Below are positions 53,845 to 54,894 of a stretch of DNA of 54,894 bases, piece after piece. Made by a program: the position numbers and the translations under genes. Source of the DNA: an uncultured virus (IMG/VR IMGVR_UViG_3300018049_000008) (Duplodnaviria; Heunggongvirae; Uroviricota; Caudoviricetes); the IMG/VR virus record IMGVR_UViG_3300018049_000008; one strand, written 5' to 3'. The notes beneath the pieces were generated by a model that searched no databases, was not told the DNA's origin, and saw nothing but the letters and a program-made list of their open reading frames with translations. Numbering within the stretch: position 1 is the stretch's first letter; each line of letters starts with the position of its first letter.

Positions 53845-54894
53845 GAGAAAAAATCCTCGAGTGTTGATACTTTTTCCGACTTCCATCCGATAGCATGAAG
53901 TATGATTTCTATCGGATCGAGATAGCCTTTCACGAACTGTGTGTCGTAATCAATGTACTCGTTGAGATTGAATTCTCGTGGTAGTACATCAGGACACGAT
54001 ATCACCGAGTCGTGTATCGGGTTTGGTTTCTTGAGATAGCTGAACTTAATTTTCTCGCCAGACTTAATCTCTTCGTATCGTTTCTTCAAGTTATATTTAT
54101 CTAAATACCAGTTGTACAGTAGAGCACCTTTGACCTGAATCGGTGTAGCTTTCTTGTATATGATCTTGTCATCTGCATACGTCGATGGATACGCTTTACC
54201 TTGAGAGTTACGTTCCCACTTGATAAAGTTACAACTACGAGGGAAGGCCACTTCTTCGAATGACAATGTACGAAACTCTTCGCGAATCTTGGCAATGTAT
54301 TTCTGCACTGTCTCTTCGTCAGTGGTCATCAGTAGTTTAAGTGTCTGTTTAATATAGTCACGACATACGGCCGGAGTACTCGAACGAATAGCTTCGATAC
54401 CCATCATCTTTAGTTCAGGTTCTTTGTAACGTACACCTTCCGAATCCCATACATGCATGATGTATCTCTTCTTGGCAGTCCAGATGGCTTTATCGGCGAT
54501 ATTCTCTCGCTTCATAAACATCTTCTGTGCATAGGCATTGGTGTAGTCTGCCAGTTCTTGATATGATCGATCGATGAATGGTTCAACTTGTTTATCGGCA
54601 ACTTTATTAAGAAACTCTACAGGATTTTTTGGTTGTGTTAGTTCAATCATCTTATCAAATGACACATACACAGAATCAGTATCGATTGCAATTACATAGT
54701 CTCGACCTTTCGTTTTGAGAATATCATTGAGCCACGTGTTAAGTTTCTTCTCGATCCATCGAATGGACAATTGACCAGCCATCGTAATAGCTTCGGCGTT
54801 TTCATTATCGAACCAACGAAAGTATTTGTTAGCAAGTGCACCATAAGCTGAGTTTAGCTGGATCTTTTTGGCGTGTTGTAGATTATGATAACGA
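53841..54894 (-). CDS. gp43: Family B DNA polymerase gp43 (C-terminal part, runs off window end)
   Basis: KIQLNSAYG, DTDS, KKRY, G.EA.RSSTP, C-terminal clamp-binding TLEDFF. Confidence 0.97.
   Translation of the reverse strand, partial: RYHNLQHAKKIQLNSAYGALANKYFRWFDNENAEAITMAGQLSIRWIEKKLNTWLNDILKTKGRDYVIAIDTDSVYVSFDKMIELTQPKNPVEFLNKVADKQVEPFIDRSYQELADYTNAYAQKMFMKRENIADKAIWTAKKRYIMHVWDSEGVRYKEPELKMMGIEAIRSSTPAVCRDYIKQTLKLLMTTDEETVQKYIAKIREEFRTLSFEEVAFPRSCNFIKWERNSQGKAYPSTYADDKIIYKKATPIQVKGALLYNWYLDKYNLKKRYEEIKSGEKIKFSYLKKPNPIHDSVISCPDVLPREFNLNEYIDYDTQFVKGYLDPIEIILHAIGWKSEKVSTLEDFFS

Noticed and set aside
21750..54894. Introns or inteins in nrdA, nrdB, gp41, uvsX, gp43
   Set aside because: All are contiguous, of normal length for the part seen, and lack splicing motifs
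1..54894. tRNA/rRNA genes, integrase, transposase
   Set aside because: None recognised by eye and intergenic space is minimal; a tRNAscan-SE/Infernal run would be needed to exclude them fully
1..54894. Cyanophage or cellular chromosome origin
   Set aside because: Dense T4 core genes and late promoters indicate a phage; no psbA/hli-type genes in this window and IscU/NrdAB look proteobacterial, although the rest of the genome is unseen
1..54894. Stop-codon reassignment
   Set aside because: Core genes are full length under the standard code, and TAA, TGA and TAG all serve as stops

Overview
This window is about 55 kb of a T4-like (myovirus) phage genome, probably marine and probably infecting a proteobacterium. 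The IscU and class Ia NrdAB look gammaproteobacterial, and no photosynthesis genes are present. The left end is a baseplate/tail block (gp53, gp48, gp4, gp2, gp54, gp26, gp51-like, tape-measure candidate). The rest lies almost entirely on the minus strand. It includes T4 replication, transcription and nucleotide genes (gp32, gp59, gp33, rnh, dCMP deaminase, nrdA/B, glutaredoxin, primase, thyX, gp41, uvsX, 3' part of gp43), a probable head/internal-protein block at 28-37 kb, and many accessory genes (five 2OG-Fe(II) oxygenases, radical SAM, IscU, PhoH, glycan-related enzymes). Main leads: (1) a T-TTT-TTT -1 frameshift candidate fusing gp26 to a start-less gp51 just ahead of the tape measure gene; (2) probable capsid-packaged proteins with T4 capsid-targeting-like N-termini and repeated protease-site-like motifs, including a ligase-fold KxDG protein paired with a HIGH-type nucleotidyltransferase; (3) a duplicated ~170-bp early-promoter cassette, each copy with two exact IHF-consensus sites; (4) a five-gene nucleotide-sugar/glycosyltransferase-like cluster; (5) leaderless late mRNAs and a structured gp32 leader. 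All calls come from motif recognition by eye; no searches were run.
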